Part shown: positions 14,301 through 29,300 of the stretch, piece after piece
Numbering within the stretch: position 1 is the stretch's first letter
Layout: each line of letters opens with the position of its first letter
Assembly: GCF_036365525.1 (NCBI RefSeq)
Contig: NC_090377.1
Coordinates: 101,908,923 to 101,972,922, forward strand
Length of the DNA stretch: 64,000 nt
Source: Heterodontus francisci
Taxonomy: Eukaryota
Direction: 5' to 3'
Notes under the pieces: model-generated
Database searches by the model: none
What the model saw: only the letters and a program-made list of their open reading frames with translations
Told to the model about the DNA's origin: nothing
Translations under genes and position numbers: made by a program

Positions 14301-17300
14301 TGCCCCTAGTGTAGGGAGGTGATAGGGAATATGGGATTACTGTAGGGTTAGTATAAATGGGTGGTTGTTGGTCAGCACAGACTCGGTGGGCCGAAGGGCC
14401 TGTTTCAGTGCTGTATCTCTAAATCAAAATTAAATCTAAAGATAAATCCTGGTGACAGGCTGACATGCTTGTACAACATTTACATAAACCTACATTCAGT
14501 AACAAAAGGAGAAACCAAACTGCGTTGTTCCCAGACTGAAATTTTTTATTGATTAGTGATTTTTCCCTTATGATATTGGGCATGGGGAAAGAGAGGGGGG
14601 TGGGGGGGGGGGGGGGGGGGGGGAAGAAGAGAGATGAAAACTGCCCCCAATGGCAGTTCTAGTGAAAAGTAATGTTATTTTTTTTTTAAATAAATGTTCT
14701 AGTCTTAAAGTTTAAAGGAGTTAGAGATTATATAGGCCAGAAAAGCTGTTGTGACTCAGTTTTAAGTAGGACAACAGCTGATTTAAAAAAAAAAATCAGA
14801 TTGCAGCACCTGAATTTTGGGGTGAAATTTTCAGTAATCTAGCCTTTTCCTAAATATATAGCAAGCAATGCTTCTTCAGAAGTTTTGAGGTACATTTGCA
14901 GATGCATTAACTGCAGCAGATAACACAGTTACCCAGAAAACTTACAACAAGCAACACAGCAAGCAGTTAAAACCCACAGCTGTCTGAGACCACAGTAGGT
15001 GAGAATGTAACGGTTCCGTTAAACCCTCAGAATGCCAAAATAGATTTATTTTTACACCTGCAGCTTGGAATCAGATGATAAGCAGATATCTTAGCAAATT
15101 CAAAAGAAAAAACAACATTTGTAATGTATGGTGGTTAATTTGTGAACTCTTCTTTCACTTATTATGCAACCTTTCTAAAATAAATTTACAGGTTTAGGTT
15201 TTAACACCATTGTAAAGAAATGGGTCATATTTAGGGCTGTCAATTTCTTCCAAGCTGCTCCTGCGCTGCTTCCAGAAGAATGACAAAAATGCTGGGAACA
15301 GGGTTTCCGCGGCAAAGTGATGGAGGCAGAGTGGGAACAGTGCAAAGGAAATTCTGGCCTGTGCACGTATTTGCAATAGCACCTCAGTTGTGGTGTGCGT
15401 AATCGAAGATAAAATCTTTGCTCAAGTGTCTTGCCCCTTCTGAAGGGATCATATCTCACGGAAGTAGTTCAACAGATGCAGATAGCCAGCTAACACCTGG
15501 CCCAAATAGCCATGCTCCATGCAGAAACTTCAGTGCCTCTCAAGGTGAACATATAATACGATTTATTTGCCAAGCTCATGTTGTATCTAAACCAATGGTC
15601 TTAGTAACCCGCTTTGCACAGGTTCTAAATTCTGCCACATACCTCAGCCATTAAAATCAGACTATTGTAGGACAACTGCACTCCAGGGTTATTAGAGTAG
15701 CTATGCCCAGATGGGACTAGGATTCCATACTCTTCAACAAACACTATCACAATAAACAATACAATAAAGAAATGGTGCGGTTTACCTTCCTGGTTGTTGG
15801 GACCAGTGTAATAGTTTCCTCCAGTCATGTAAGAGGATTGGCAATTAGGCACTTCTGTACAGAAAGATTTAAAACAAAAAAAAGGATTTTACAGATGGAG
15901 AACAGAGCAAATTATAATAACTGTTTATTTAAGTAAGTGACAAATAATATGGGAATTGCAACCCACTGAAATGTCACAGGAGCATCTCTGGGCAACTCAG
16001 CAAGCAAAGCAAGACAAACAGGTGTGCATTAATAATTCACATACCAAGGAGGAGTGAAAATTTAAATCTTAAAACAACCTGTTGCTATTTAAAACATGAA
16101 AACACAATTTAAGCGTTGGCCTTTACAGGAAGAGAATGTAATTTTAAAATAAAGCTCATGTTTAGGCCCTAAAATTGAGAGACTCTGTCCCTGGAGTAGA
16201 ATCTTGCTTAACAGGAGGCAGCTGGGAGAACTAGGCACCTAGGTCAGCTGTCCTGTTCTTCAGGCTGTTGTTTCTTGCCTTTGTCTACAATGAAGTTCAA
16301 AAGTCTCAAGATTCTGCACTGGGAGCAAAGAGTCAGAATATTGGGGCCTCAGTGTAGACAGACACACCACCTACATCAGAAACTGAATTATATCGAGTTT
16401 ATAGCAGAGACACAAGCCATTCAGCCCAACTGAACTATACCAACATTTATGTTCCTCACGAGCATCCTCCCATCCCTCATTAATAATTTGGACCACATGG
16501 GATTCCTCATGGAGGAGCGATCTAGTTAAACAAATATTTCTTTAAGTTTTAAAATCTGGTCACTTAATAGGGCATTATGGGATCCAAATACTTCACTTTT
16601 TGCAGTGAACTCTTTCTCTCTCTCTGTTCCCACCTCCCTTCCCTGGAAGTAACTTTCCCCCCCTCTTTTTTTCTTGGATCATGTTTCCACTGTGACCAGA
16701 ACATTTACAAGGCCCCCAGACCTCTACCAATTTCATTTCGAAATCGTTCAGTAGAGAACGAATGAACTTATGCATTTCAACAGTGCCTTTCAAGACCTCA
16801 GGGCACCCCAAACCACGAAAGCCAATGAAGTCCTTTTGAAGCGTAGTCACTAGTGGTAGAGGGACATTTATATTCTTGCTATGGCTTCTGGGTGGGTTGA
16901 GGATGATGACAGTCAGAGCCTTGTGATTTCTCTCCCCCCACCCTACTTCCTTTAGCTGGTTTGATGTTCCTAATCAAAGTCCCTAGGAAGCTGGCGACCT
17001 ATTTATACAGCTAAAAACCCCACTCTGGGATGTAGCTCAAAGATCATAGAAAATATGAGAGTCTGGAAGTCAGATTCTTTGGACTACAGAATGTTGACGG
17101 TACCACATACCTGTTCTTGACAATAGCTTGCAGTGTAAAACTGCCTCAAAAGCTTCTTGCAAGTGGCCCAGAGGTGTGGGGTCCCAGAACTCAACTTAAT
17201 GACACTGCTCATTGATGCTCCAGTATGTGGTCTCAACATGTTCCGAATTTGCCTTAGCAGCAGCAGGCACTCCCATGATTTAACGGTGCCCATGAAATTA

Positions 17301-20300
17301 CACTGCTTTAATCTTGCAACTATGCAGCTCTTGACCTCTAGAGACAACAGAGCTGGCCTTTACAAAAAGAATTGGGAGGACTTTAAACCAGATGCAGCCA
17401 GCTTCACCAAGTGTATGACTCATATGGAACGGACTGACATAGATCAGAAAGGGCCTTGGGTTCAATCTGCTACGTGTGGGGAGTTAGTCAATTTTAAAAT
17501 GGGGTTAGCAGTTAAAGGTGCAACAAATGCCACACGGGGGAACGTGAAGGGGACTAATCACCAAATGTTCCATTGCTGATTGCAGCACAAGTCACCAATT
17601 AGCACAGCGCACCGATGCGGACACCGTGTGATGATGGGACTCCGTTGCAGTGAAACCCCCACCACCGCTGGTCAAATAGTCTACAAATGTGAAGAATGCC
17701 ACTTGGGCAATGTATTAAAATGTCTTGGGGAAGAATGCTGGGGAAGAGGGGAGAAAAGTCAGATTAGTGAAGCAATTTGTGCCAATATGCTGGATGTTCA
17801 AAAATCAGGCTGAATCCACAGCAATGATGCAGGTCCTTCCATGGATTTACGAGAGATCAGTTTAACATTTTTTACTTTCAAATGCACTTTCTAATCAAAT
17901 TCCAAACTGCCTTCTTCTAGCCAGTCACGCTCCATTAGTAGAACAGGCTGATCAATTATACAGAACTGTGATGTGTTTGACCATTTAGGAAAAACTACAC
18001 TGGAAAACCAGACAACTATAGAATCTGTAACACAACCATTTTAGTGAACTGACATTTTATATCTAGTGCCTTCCTGAATTGTGCTATTGCAAATGGAAAA
18101 GGGAATTTTTTTTTTTTTTTTGGAGGGGAGAGTAGAGGAGTCTAGCTATTAAGATAAATTCTCCAATCCAACTCACCTCCAGCCAGCATGAAAAAAGCTT
18201 GGTCAGCCATGTTAAACCAAAACAGTAGATGGTCACTACCCTTGGACTGACAGGTGACTGCAATAAGTGCAAAGAAAGCAGTTGTTTCTTGGCTGTCATC
18301 TAACTAAATTAGATTTCTCTGCCTGTAAACCAGCCCCTCCTGGATTTTTATTTATTTAGAGATATAGCACTGAAACCCTAACCCTAACCCTTTGGCCCGA
18401 GTCTGTGCCGACCATCAACCACCCATTTATACTAATCCGACAATAATCCCATATTCCTACCACATCCCCACCTTCCCTCAATTCCCCTACCACCTACCTA
18501 TATAAGGGGCAATTTACAACGGCCAATTTATCTGAGGGAGGAAACCGGAGCACCCGGCGAAAACCCACGTGGTCACAAGGAGAACTTGCAAACTCCGCAC
18601 AGGTAGTACCCAGAATCGAACCCGGGTCGCTGGAGCTGTGAGGCTGCGGTGCTAACCACTGCACCGCCCCTTATATCTGATGGACGGACCAATAACATGT
18701 TTTGGTAGTGAATATTGAACAGGGGAAGGGATTTTATTTTTATAAAAAAGTACATGAAACCATGACCTAAATTTTAAAAATCTGCTCTCCTAAAGCCTTG
18801 GATGCCATTAAATGTTGTCCTTTAGCTTTAAATCTTTACCATCTGCTTAGCTTTACTGCAGATCGCCTCTCACAGCCTCCTATAGGTTATGGTATTTTTA
18901 GGCCTAAGCTGATTAGAAGAGTTTACAGTTACATCACAGAGTATCAAATTAATAACACCCTTGAAGAAACGGTCATACAAACTACTTAAAACAATGTGAT
19001 TCTTTAAATACCAAAGCCTAGTTATAGGCTCTTTTTTTGTTTTCAAGTATGCAGAATAAAAAAGGATCTGTCACCTAACATAGAACAATACATTTCCATT
19101 AGAAATTAATACCAGAAGGGAATTATTCCAAAAGCTGGGATTTGTGGATTTCTCCCTCCCCTGCAATGCAAGATTGACATAAGTGAAAGGTCACTTTGTA
19201 GAATGTGCTCATCTATGTTTGTCCAGCAACCACCATAAAGTAAATGTGTGAAATGCCAATCAAGCCCATCACTGTGGTAACAAATCTCTCAGCTTGCTGA
19301 TGTCAAAGATAATAAAAGGGATGCAGAATACCCAAGGGCAGGAAGAGGGGCCAGACTCATTCCTTAAAACTATCAACATCTCGTTAGGAAAGACTGCATT
19401 TTACACTGACCTAAGTAACAGATCAATACGATCTATTGGGAACCAACCTGAGTCATAGCAGTAGTCCCTTGGCTCCTGCTTAATCCCTAGGGGGGGCTGG
19501 AAATTCTGTCTGCTGGTACCACTGACACCTGTAGCAATGTGATCGTAACACGAATCATGGTATTCCTGCTTGAAGCCCTGAGGAGACGGCGAAGGCATCG
19601 GTTCTGACATTTGCCGTTGGTAAACTTGCCGACTGTCTCTGGGGACTCCTGACTGGGGTGGGTATGGGTGGCATGGTTCAGACATCTGCCGCTGGAACCT
19701 TTGAGGATACAACAAAGCCAGGAACAGTCACTTCTCAAAACACAGCACACTGGGATAGAATGACTCTTATTAGGCTGCTTATTAGACATTAACATTGAAT
19801 AGAAGTCTTCTGCGCATGTAAAACATCTGACCACACCGCTCTTAGTGTTTTCGCACTTCCCTCTGCCCCCATTTCTATATATTGTTGTTCAAACTGCCTG
19901 CAATAGTTGTCATTTGGCACAAATGCAGGATGTTTGAATACTAGACCCAAGAGGTAGATTACGAAGCACCAGAAACAGCTAAAAGTTTTATAGATCATAC
20001 AAACACACTTACAAAGTTAAAGACTATTATTTAGAAGGTCAACCATACAAAGTCATCAATCTGCACTGTATGTGCCTGGTTAGACACATAGATGTGGCAC
20101 TAAGTGGGTAGGACAGGAGTGAATATTTTGGAAAGCATTTATTTGCTAACAGACTGTGCATTAACCAGTTGCTCAATTGGCACCTGGAGTCCTCAGAACA
20201 GAACATACAGGTTACAGTATTGCAATAGAATAGCATTGTTTTGGCCTCATCACAACTTTCCCTTCAGGGGGCAAGTCAGTATATCTCTAAAATAGACCAA

Positions 20301-23300
20301 TTGAGAATCCTTTAGCACCTTGAAAAGTGATCCCACACAAATCAGCTCTTTGCAAATCATCTGGGTCTCTGGCACTGCTTTCTATGTAAAACGATCCTTC
20401 ACAGCTGACTGCAGTCGGATTAGTCCCATTTCCACTTCGTATCAACCTGCCTGCCAAGCTGAAATCCATAGCACCCCTGGTATGTCTCCATCGGAACAAA
20501 CACTTCCAGATGGTCCTGAGCCAGCATCCCATGCATACCACTTGGCAGAAGAGAAAACCAAGAGTTGTGGGAAGCAAAAGCTGCCACGGAAGCAAGTGCC
20601 ATCCAGGGAACTACTGCTGCCCAAAATACCGTGCTCTTAACACGTCTTCCTGCACTCCTTTGGGAGTTTAGCATTAACGGGCTTTTTATTCTGATGATCC
20701 CAAAATAACTCCAGTAAGACTCCATTTGTGCATAGTAATATGGAGATAAAGGACTTGACCTTAGGAATAAAATTCCTCCTCTCCACTGCAAGGGAACATC
20801 AGAAAGACTAGGAGCCCTGTGCTTTCAGCTGTATTCTATTTCTGCTGATAGCTCATCCAGTTGGTGTTTTAAACAAAAATTAATTTAGTATTTTGAAAGC
20901 GCAGCATGTACTGTATCTAATAATTGAAAAAGTGGTATCTTGAACAAGAGTGTTTCCTCCCTCATGCATAATGCAACTTCAAGTGAAGTAAAACACACCA
21001 AGATCAGTCAACCCTGACTGATTTACTTTTCGCCCTAGTTCAGAGGTACCAACATCAATTGTGACATTCTTCCCTCATTCCATGATCTCGTGGAATGCAG
21101 CAGAGACCAGGAAACAAACTTGCTTGGCCAAACAAAATTGATTGGAAAGAATTCGACAACATGCACAGATCGGTGTGCGTCAGAGAGAGATTAGGAATTG
21201 GGGCCACAATGTGTACTTCCCTGCAAATTGAAAGTCTTCATTCATGAAGCATTATTAAGCTGATTTTAAGGGACCACTAGAAGCCAGAAGCAGGGATTTT
21301 TCTTGCACTCCTACCTGTGCTCTGGTGCATACTGGGACTCAGTCAGGGTCTGTGACATCTGAAGTGGGGGCTGGGGAGCTCGAGGTACTGCAAAGGTTTG
21401 TTGCTGCTGTTGTTGTGGAGCTGATGCAGGAACTGCAGTCTGTACTGGGGATGATGTAGGGCCGTGGGCCGAAGCTGGCACTGGAAGGGGAGGAAGAGGG
21501 GAATTCTGATGGACTGGAGACACAGGGGTGGCCGGTGGAGTTAATGGCTTGAACCCAGCGGGGGGCTTCCTATCATAGGCACTGCAAATAGAAATGAAAC
21601 CACAAAGATTAGATACCTTGCTGGCACTTCACTTAGCACATCTTTTGCTTTGCATTTTAGGTTAGCATTGGTGAATAGTTGGTGTAAATTCAACACTCAG
21701 TGCCATAAACCTGCTACAATTAACAGCTCTTTATGTAAAACGATGGGTGTCCCTAGGGTATTTCTGCATCACTTTCGATTATAGCTCAAATGCTACAACA
21801 TCTATTAAAAGGATCACAGCAGTTTCTTTACCAGCCCCCATTCTCCAGGCCAGAATTTCCTGACCATTTCTCAATGAGTCATGATCTTCACCCAAGTGAA
21901 GCCTTAGTTTGTAAGCCTAGATGCTGATAATCAGACTGTTGGACTGTGAAGGGCATCACACCTGAAGCCACCTCAGGTCTGTTCCGGTACACTTTCTAAC
22001 AGAATGCAGAGTGATATTTTTCCTCCCTAACCCAGGGCCACTGAGAAAGGTTACCTCCGGCTAAAATAAAAATCAGCAATCAACACATACCAATGATTAA
22101 ATCTGAAGCCTACCTCGTTCTTAAACCGCTCAGTACTGCACCAACCTGCCAAGCATTCACACACCAAGCTCTTTGGCGTCAGCTGTGGCTCAGTTGGTAC
22201 ACCTCAGTCACAAGGTGCTGGGTTCAAGTCCCACTCCAGGACTTGAGCACAAAAATCAAGACTGACATCCAGTGCAGTATTGATGGATTGCCATTTTGTT
22301 GGAGGTGCTACCTTTTGGATGAGACATTACACCGACACCCCACCTGCCTGCTTGGATGGATGCAAGAGATCCCACAGCACTATTTTGAAGAGGAGCAGGG
22401 GAATTATCCCAGGGGTTCGGAGCAATATTTAACCCTCAAATCAACTTCACAAAAAGAGATTATCTGGTCATTATCACATAGCTGGCTGTGGGAGTTTGCC
22501 GTGTCAAATTGGCTGCTGCGTTTCCTACATTGCAACAGTGACTACACTTCAAAAGTACTTCATTGGCTGTAAAGCACTTTGGAGATGTCTGGTTGTTGAG
22601 AAAGGTGCTATATAAATGCAAGTTTTTTTTTAAAAAGAGCTTTTAACAAGCACTGCAATCCTTAATTACTTGTCCACCCAAGATCTGTCTTTCAGAATAT
22701 GGGGTTGCTTCAAAAATTAGCCCACATACAAAAAAAATAATAGGTTGGGCTGAATTTTAATACGTATAGCAATCGATCATCTTTCTGTAATTTTTCTTTT
22801 ACCACTTCAAAATTCACTCTTTAGTTCACTTTACATCCAAGTATATGTGCAAATCATTACACTGCATGGAATAGGTTACAGTCAGCCTGAGCAGTTTAAC
22901 TGCAAGCCTCGAGATGAAATCACGTGTACCCTGTGCTATAGTGTGGTTATCAGAAGAATGCAAAAACTGCAAGAAATAAAATTGTATGAACACATGCACC
23001 AGGATAGATAATCATGGGGCTTTCACTTGATTGAATATTTGCCTCAAAACCAGAGTGTATCAGCAGGTTTGACAAGAATCATGTGAAATAAGTGTGTTTT
23101 ATCAGTTGCTAATAAAAGTGCAATCATCGGAAGAACACAAAAGCAAATTTGGAGGGGGAAGAATGGCGGTGGGAGGGTTGGCTTGGCCAGAACCAAGAGT
23201 ACTCTGCGTCAAGTCACAGGATGAGGGGTGCGGAAGGTAGTAAAGAACTTGTATGTTAATAAAGTCCTCGACGTCTGAAGCGCTTCCTAGCCAGCGAATT

Positions 23301-26300
23301 GACCGTTGCAGTGTCGGTAAAATAGGAAGCACGTATACAGTTGATGATTGCCCAAGTCTAAGAATAATTCATTGCGCACCTGTAACTGTAGAGGCAGTTT
23401 TCGCCATAGCTAGAATTGAGACTCTGCTTGTGACGGCAGGACACATCCGTATTAGGACTGTGAGATTCTCGCTTGATCTTTGCCGGGGGAGGTCCATGAA
23501 ATACCACTGAAATCAAATAAGTTCACATTGTAACTCTAGCTGCAGAAAGTGACAGATGCGACACGAAGATAGACAATGATGAATACGTACTAATTAAGAG
23601 TCTGATTGGACATTAAAGGGACATCCATAATTGTCCAGATGAAAGTACATGGGTGGTGAGGGCTGGCGGGCTATAAACAGAACCATGTTAATTACATGCA
23701 AGTGTTATTGTAGGATTTTTGTGGGGGATTGAAACGAAATGTAGAACAAAAAGATAATGGATGCCTAGATATGCGTATGTTTAAACTTGGAATAAAAGAG
23801 GATGAGTTGGGTTTGCAGTCAAATTTCTCCTAATTTATAACAGTTCATAAACTACTGTTGTGAAATAAGTACACATCCTTAACTATTAATGTTCATTGAG
23901 AATATGCATTTGTACTATCAGATTTCACTGATTTCAAACATATCAAATGACCCTCCACAAAATTCAGTGCCTGCGTACAGATATGAATTCTCTTACTGTA
24001 GTACATCAGCATTACTAAACAAGGCAGATCTAACTGTTGTGCACCAAAGCTCAAGGTTTACTGTGAGGAAACATTCTCACAGGGAGAGTGAATGGTTTAC
24101 AGATGGAAGCCACTCAAAAAGGCCAGACATTGACCCTTACACCTTCTGGGAAAGCTAATGATCTTTCCAAGTTTGAATTTCACTCCACAGAGAGAGATTC
24201 CAACCCTTCCCAGGGAATGTAAGTTTTTCTTTTAAATCACCTGCAACTCCAGGATTACCACTCAAGTCTGAAGACCAGGGCATACAATTTATTTCCTAGA
24301 TATTACTAAATGCATTAAAAAATTTTAATAACGCCCAAGATTAAAAATGTAAGCATCAATACATCTGTGGCCAATGTGCTTTATTCCAGTTGGTGTCCCT
24401 GTAAAGATGCTTCCTGAAGATGGAATTGTAACCACTGTATTCAGCAGGCACCCATGTGGCAGAAAAGCATATCCTGGGTAAAGTCAATATTCAAGTCACA
24501 TATACACACACTAAATTAGATATTTAGTAGTTATTTCCCAAGATGACCTATATTTATCTCCCCTTACCATTAGCATTCCCATCATTTTGCTAAGTCACCA
24601 CTCAGCACTGAACAGGAGTCAATTATTCCCATAGCTTTACCGGCACTCAGTCCTGGACAAGAATGGTACACAGCTGAAACTCACCAGAATGGGCGAGCAA
24701 TAGTTATGCATTTTGTAAACAAATGATATTTCAGAACAGTTGCAAAATGGAGGTTAGTATTTTCATTATATCTAATGGGATTCTATGGGTTTAAAAAAAA
24801 AAGTGAATTTCATCACAATGATTAAATGGATCCACAAAGAATTGCAGACTGGGACCAGCCCAGGACCATCTGTATGATCACCTGAATAGAAGCATGGAAA
24901 AATTTAATATTGTTGCTTGAAATTATTCAGCCATGTTACCTTTGGCAGCTTGATATCTGAAGATGCCTATCTGCAAAAGGCTACAGACAGCTTTCAAAAA
25001 TTTCTGGTACAAAATAAAATGGGCTCCCCAGCCAAAACGTCACAGGACAGCTACCAAACTTCAGAGCATGTTGACACTGGCTGAATTGTGGGGCAGTACC
25101 AATGAGATGCAATCAGTACAAAACTCGAATCACAGCTGAGGATCACCCGAGCACTTCCAGCTGGACCCAGAGAACAAACCACACTCTAGGTGATGGCCCT
25201 GGGCTAATTGCTTCCATCCATCTTTTCTAAGCAGATGATGCAACAATGCACTAAGGGATGACATCCCTGCGGACGAATAAGCCGATAAGCTTCACAAACA
25301 CAGCTGGTGGCTGACTGCAGGAATTTAACTGTGCAAATAAAAACTGCTTACAGTAACCAGAGGGAAAATGATAATCCTCCTTGTAATTATATACAACCGT
25401 GTCTGTTAAAATATATATTTTTTTTTTAAGTCTGCAAGTTGAAGAAAATTACAACATACATTTTTAACAAACTGGACCCACTCACAGCATATGATGGAAA
25501 TGAAACCAGATTTTGTTTCACCTTACACACCCCTCTCCCCCCCACCCCCTTTCTATGCATTTTACTATTCAAAATCATTTTTCTGCCAGTGAGCGGGTTA
25601 CAGGTAACTAAATGAATAGGTTGAGTTATTGGGTCATTTAATGTGCTCTCTAACCTGCAGAGACTGACCGACTGCTATATTTTCTCAAGTGCTTTATGTT
25701 TTTCTGTCTTTTCATCATTGTGGTTAACTTGTGTCAATTTTGGGCCTTTATTTTGCAGCTCACGTGGGTAGAATTTGATATTTATAGTATGCTCTGTCAT
25801 TAGGTGACATCAGCAGCAAAGAAAAGTCAAAAGATTATCTTTCAATTATTGTGCTCTAGATTTTTCCAACACCTGCTAAAGAATCACACTTAAAAAAATT
25901 AAAGATCACTAGCTTATACTTCACAAGCTAGGTTTTCATGCCAAGCCCAATACTTGCTCTTAATTAACAATGACTGTGATGAGGGACAAACATAGCATCT
26001 ATGGATTCTTAACTGACAACTTAAAACCATCAAATTCACTCGTCCCAAACCACAATTTTCAAGATGAGAGTCTTTATTTTTACAGCATGCAATATAAAAA
26101 AAATTAAGGGACAGCTATTTAAGCAATAACTACTTGCATTTATGACACCTTCAAAACATCCCAAGGTGCTTCTCTTGAATGTAATCAGACAAAAAATTAA
26201 CACAAAGATAAAGAAGGAGGCATGAAGACAGATGGCCAAACGCTTGGTTAAAGAGGTAGGTATTAAGGGTGGGGAGAGGAGGGGGGTCTCAAAGGAGCAG

Positions 26301-29300
26301 GATAGAGAGGAGAGGGGTTCAGGGAGGCAATTCTAGAGCTTAGGCCCTTAACAACTAAAGGCACAACCACCAATGGTGGGAAGGAAAGAGGCAGAAGGAC
26401 CAGAGGCCAGAATTGGAGTTCTTCGAGGTTTGGAGGAGAATACAGAGGTAAGGAGAGGGAGGCCACAGACTGTTTTGAACAAAAGGATAAAAGGTTTTAA
26501 AATGGAAGCATTTGGGGACTGGGAGCCATTGTAGGTCAGCAAGCACAGGGATGAAGAGCGAGCAGGACTTGGTGCGAGTCAGGATACGGGCAGCAGAGTT
26601 TTAAGTTTATGGGAGACTGGCTAGGAAAGTATTAGAATAGTTGAGTCTCGAGGTAACCAGAGCAAGGCCGACAGTTTCCACAGCACGTGGGCTGAGGCAG
26701 GGGCAGGCAGTGTTACAGAGGTGGAACTAAGGGGTCAATATTAAGCCAGAGCTCCTATCCCGTTTGGAATAGATTAATCTCGGAACACAAACAAAAAAGA
26801 TTTTGCATTTAATTCTGCATTCAGTTTTGTCGCTGTATGATTACCATGCAATTAAATTACTAAATCAGCATAACTTCTGAATCACTTACATTGGACAGCA
26901 GCTCAGAATGGAAACCCCTTGCAGTTTCTGGTTGAAGATATGCTTTAAAAGGGTACTCAACTTTTTGATACCACTGTGCTCACAGGCAATTACATAACTG
27001 ATATGTTCACTGTAACTCAAGTTTCTATTGATTTCAGAAACCAAGTGCTGGATTTTAAGTAGGTGGCAGGGGCCCCACTCCTGGAGTTGAAAGAGGGAGC
27101 CAGTGGGACCTAGGGCTGCCATCCCTAGTAAGGCCCAGAGGGCCGGCAGCTCAGCACTGCCACTGCTAGCAGTGGCCACTGCTGGGACTGCATCTTGAGG
27201 ATGAGAGCACATCTATGGCCGTGCGCCCTCAAAGTCAGGTAAGAGGGCTCTGGGGGTGCCAGGGCCAGGCAGGCCCTAGTAGGGGTGGGGTGGGCCATTA
27301 AGCACAGACAACATCGCTGCCACGGGGTGGCCATTGCCATCAAGGGATCTCCTCTGTGGGCCAGAGTGCCCAAAAAGGAAGGCCCCTCCCCCAGGGGCTG
27401 CTGGGAGGCCAGAGGTAACATGGTAGCGAGCCTCCCATGCTATCTGCCACCTTCCCTGCCTCTGGCAAAATGGCACAGAGGTGGGATGATGACAGGTGTG
27501 TCACCCGACGCCTTCCTGCACCATTTTGCCAGCCTTCCCGGCTGTCCCCAAAGGGCTGGTAAAATTCAGCTCCAAGTGTTTGTAGCCAAGCCAAGGTTCT
27601 GAAGAAGGGTCACTGACCCGAAACGTTAACTCTGCTTCTCTTTCCACAGATGCTGCCAGACCTGCTGAGTGAATCCAGCATTTCTTGTTTTTGTTTCAGA
27701 TTTCCAGCATCCGCAGTATTTTGCTTTTATAAAACTAGACTTATTGCATGCACCAAAATCCCATTTTTACACCACAAAAAACATGAAGGTTTGTTAAGAC
27801 ATGACCTTGTATAATTTCATTTTTCTCCAGTGCTCCCTCTGCCCACTATAATGCACACACACACAAATTTATGTTCCGTTGACTGGCTAGGCAATAGCTG
27901 GAGTAAAGGGCTCTTCAGGAGGTTACAAGTGATATGTAGATAATGAGCTGAAGTGGCAAAAAATAAGTCTTCAAAAGCAAAAAAAAAACTTCAAAAGGCA
28001 GGGAGAAAATTATAAAATTCCATTCTTTAGTTGAGGAAAAAAAAAAAAAAAAAAAAAAAAAATCGCTCCTACTTTAGAAAGATTAACACAGCAGGAATAT
28101 GCTACCAGTGCATGACTTGAGCTGCACAGCATGAAAAATTAGTTTGTTAATAGTTTCGACAATGGTTTATTTTCAAGATTATATATATTACTGTCATTTT
28201 CTCACACTTTACTATTTCTTACACAGTTATACATATAGTATACAATTGCTGCGTTGAGGAAGTGTCAGATAACAACTAGAATATGTGAATCATATGGCTT
28301 GGTTCAAAAGAAAATGTATACCTCCCCTAGCCCAGGCTGTGCCTCCAGCCATATCAAATTATCAATAAAGCAGTGAACTAGACAGAGATGGCTATCACCC
28401 AAACCACAACAATGCTTTATCTGAAAGCTACAAGCTGGGTGGAATTTTTCTCCTCCTGCTTAAATATTGGCACAGTTCCAAGGCAATAACCTTAACTCTT
28501 CACCTACATTAACGATTAGCACAACCAAGAAGTGGCCATACACACACACCAGTACAAACATAAAAATCAGGACAGCTCTGGTGAGTCTGTGCATTCGATC
28601 AGCCTTTTGTTTTTCTACTGTTTAAACCAATGTTATCTGGCACCCAGAGGCTTCATAAAGAGCGCGGATGCATTAAACAAAATACTCCTCTCATACCAGT
28701 ATAAAGCAGGCTCTCCTGTCACACTACTAAACTCCTCAGTGCCACCATTCATGTATAATAAACATCTGTACTCTTTGTCTGGTCTCACTCACTGAAGCCC
28801 ATTTACCAGCACAAGCTTACTAGAGATATTGAGGGTGCAGAAAGATAGATAGGTTTCTATGAACATAAGAACATGATAGACATCAATTTCTAGAATACTG
28901 TGCAGCTGCTACCATTATAAATGGAGCTGGTATTGCACCATAAAAATCCTACAAGCTAATTAAAGCAGGTCTAGCTGCACTGAATTTGAACTTGGCACAG
29001 TTATACCAAAGGATCACTGAAGTCACATTTGGATGAACTGTAAAATATGTTCCAAGTGCATCCCGCAGCTCCTGAGGGATTGGAGGACTGTAAAGAGCAG
29101 TTTGACCTGCCACACCACTGCGGCAACAGGGAACAACTTTGGGAAACTGAATTATGACACATTAAGCTAATTTCATTGCAATCTGCTTTGTTACATGCTG
29201 CATTCAAACATATTTGGATAGCATCCAAAAGGAATCTATTTTAGCAATAAATGATTCCGCAGAACAGAATTCAGCCTCGCTAAGAATGTAACCTTCTCCT

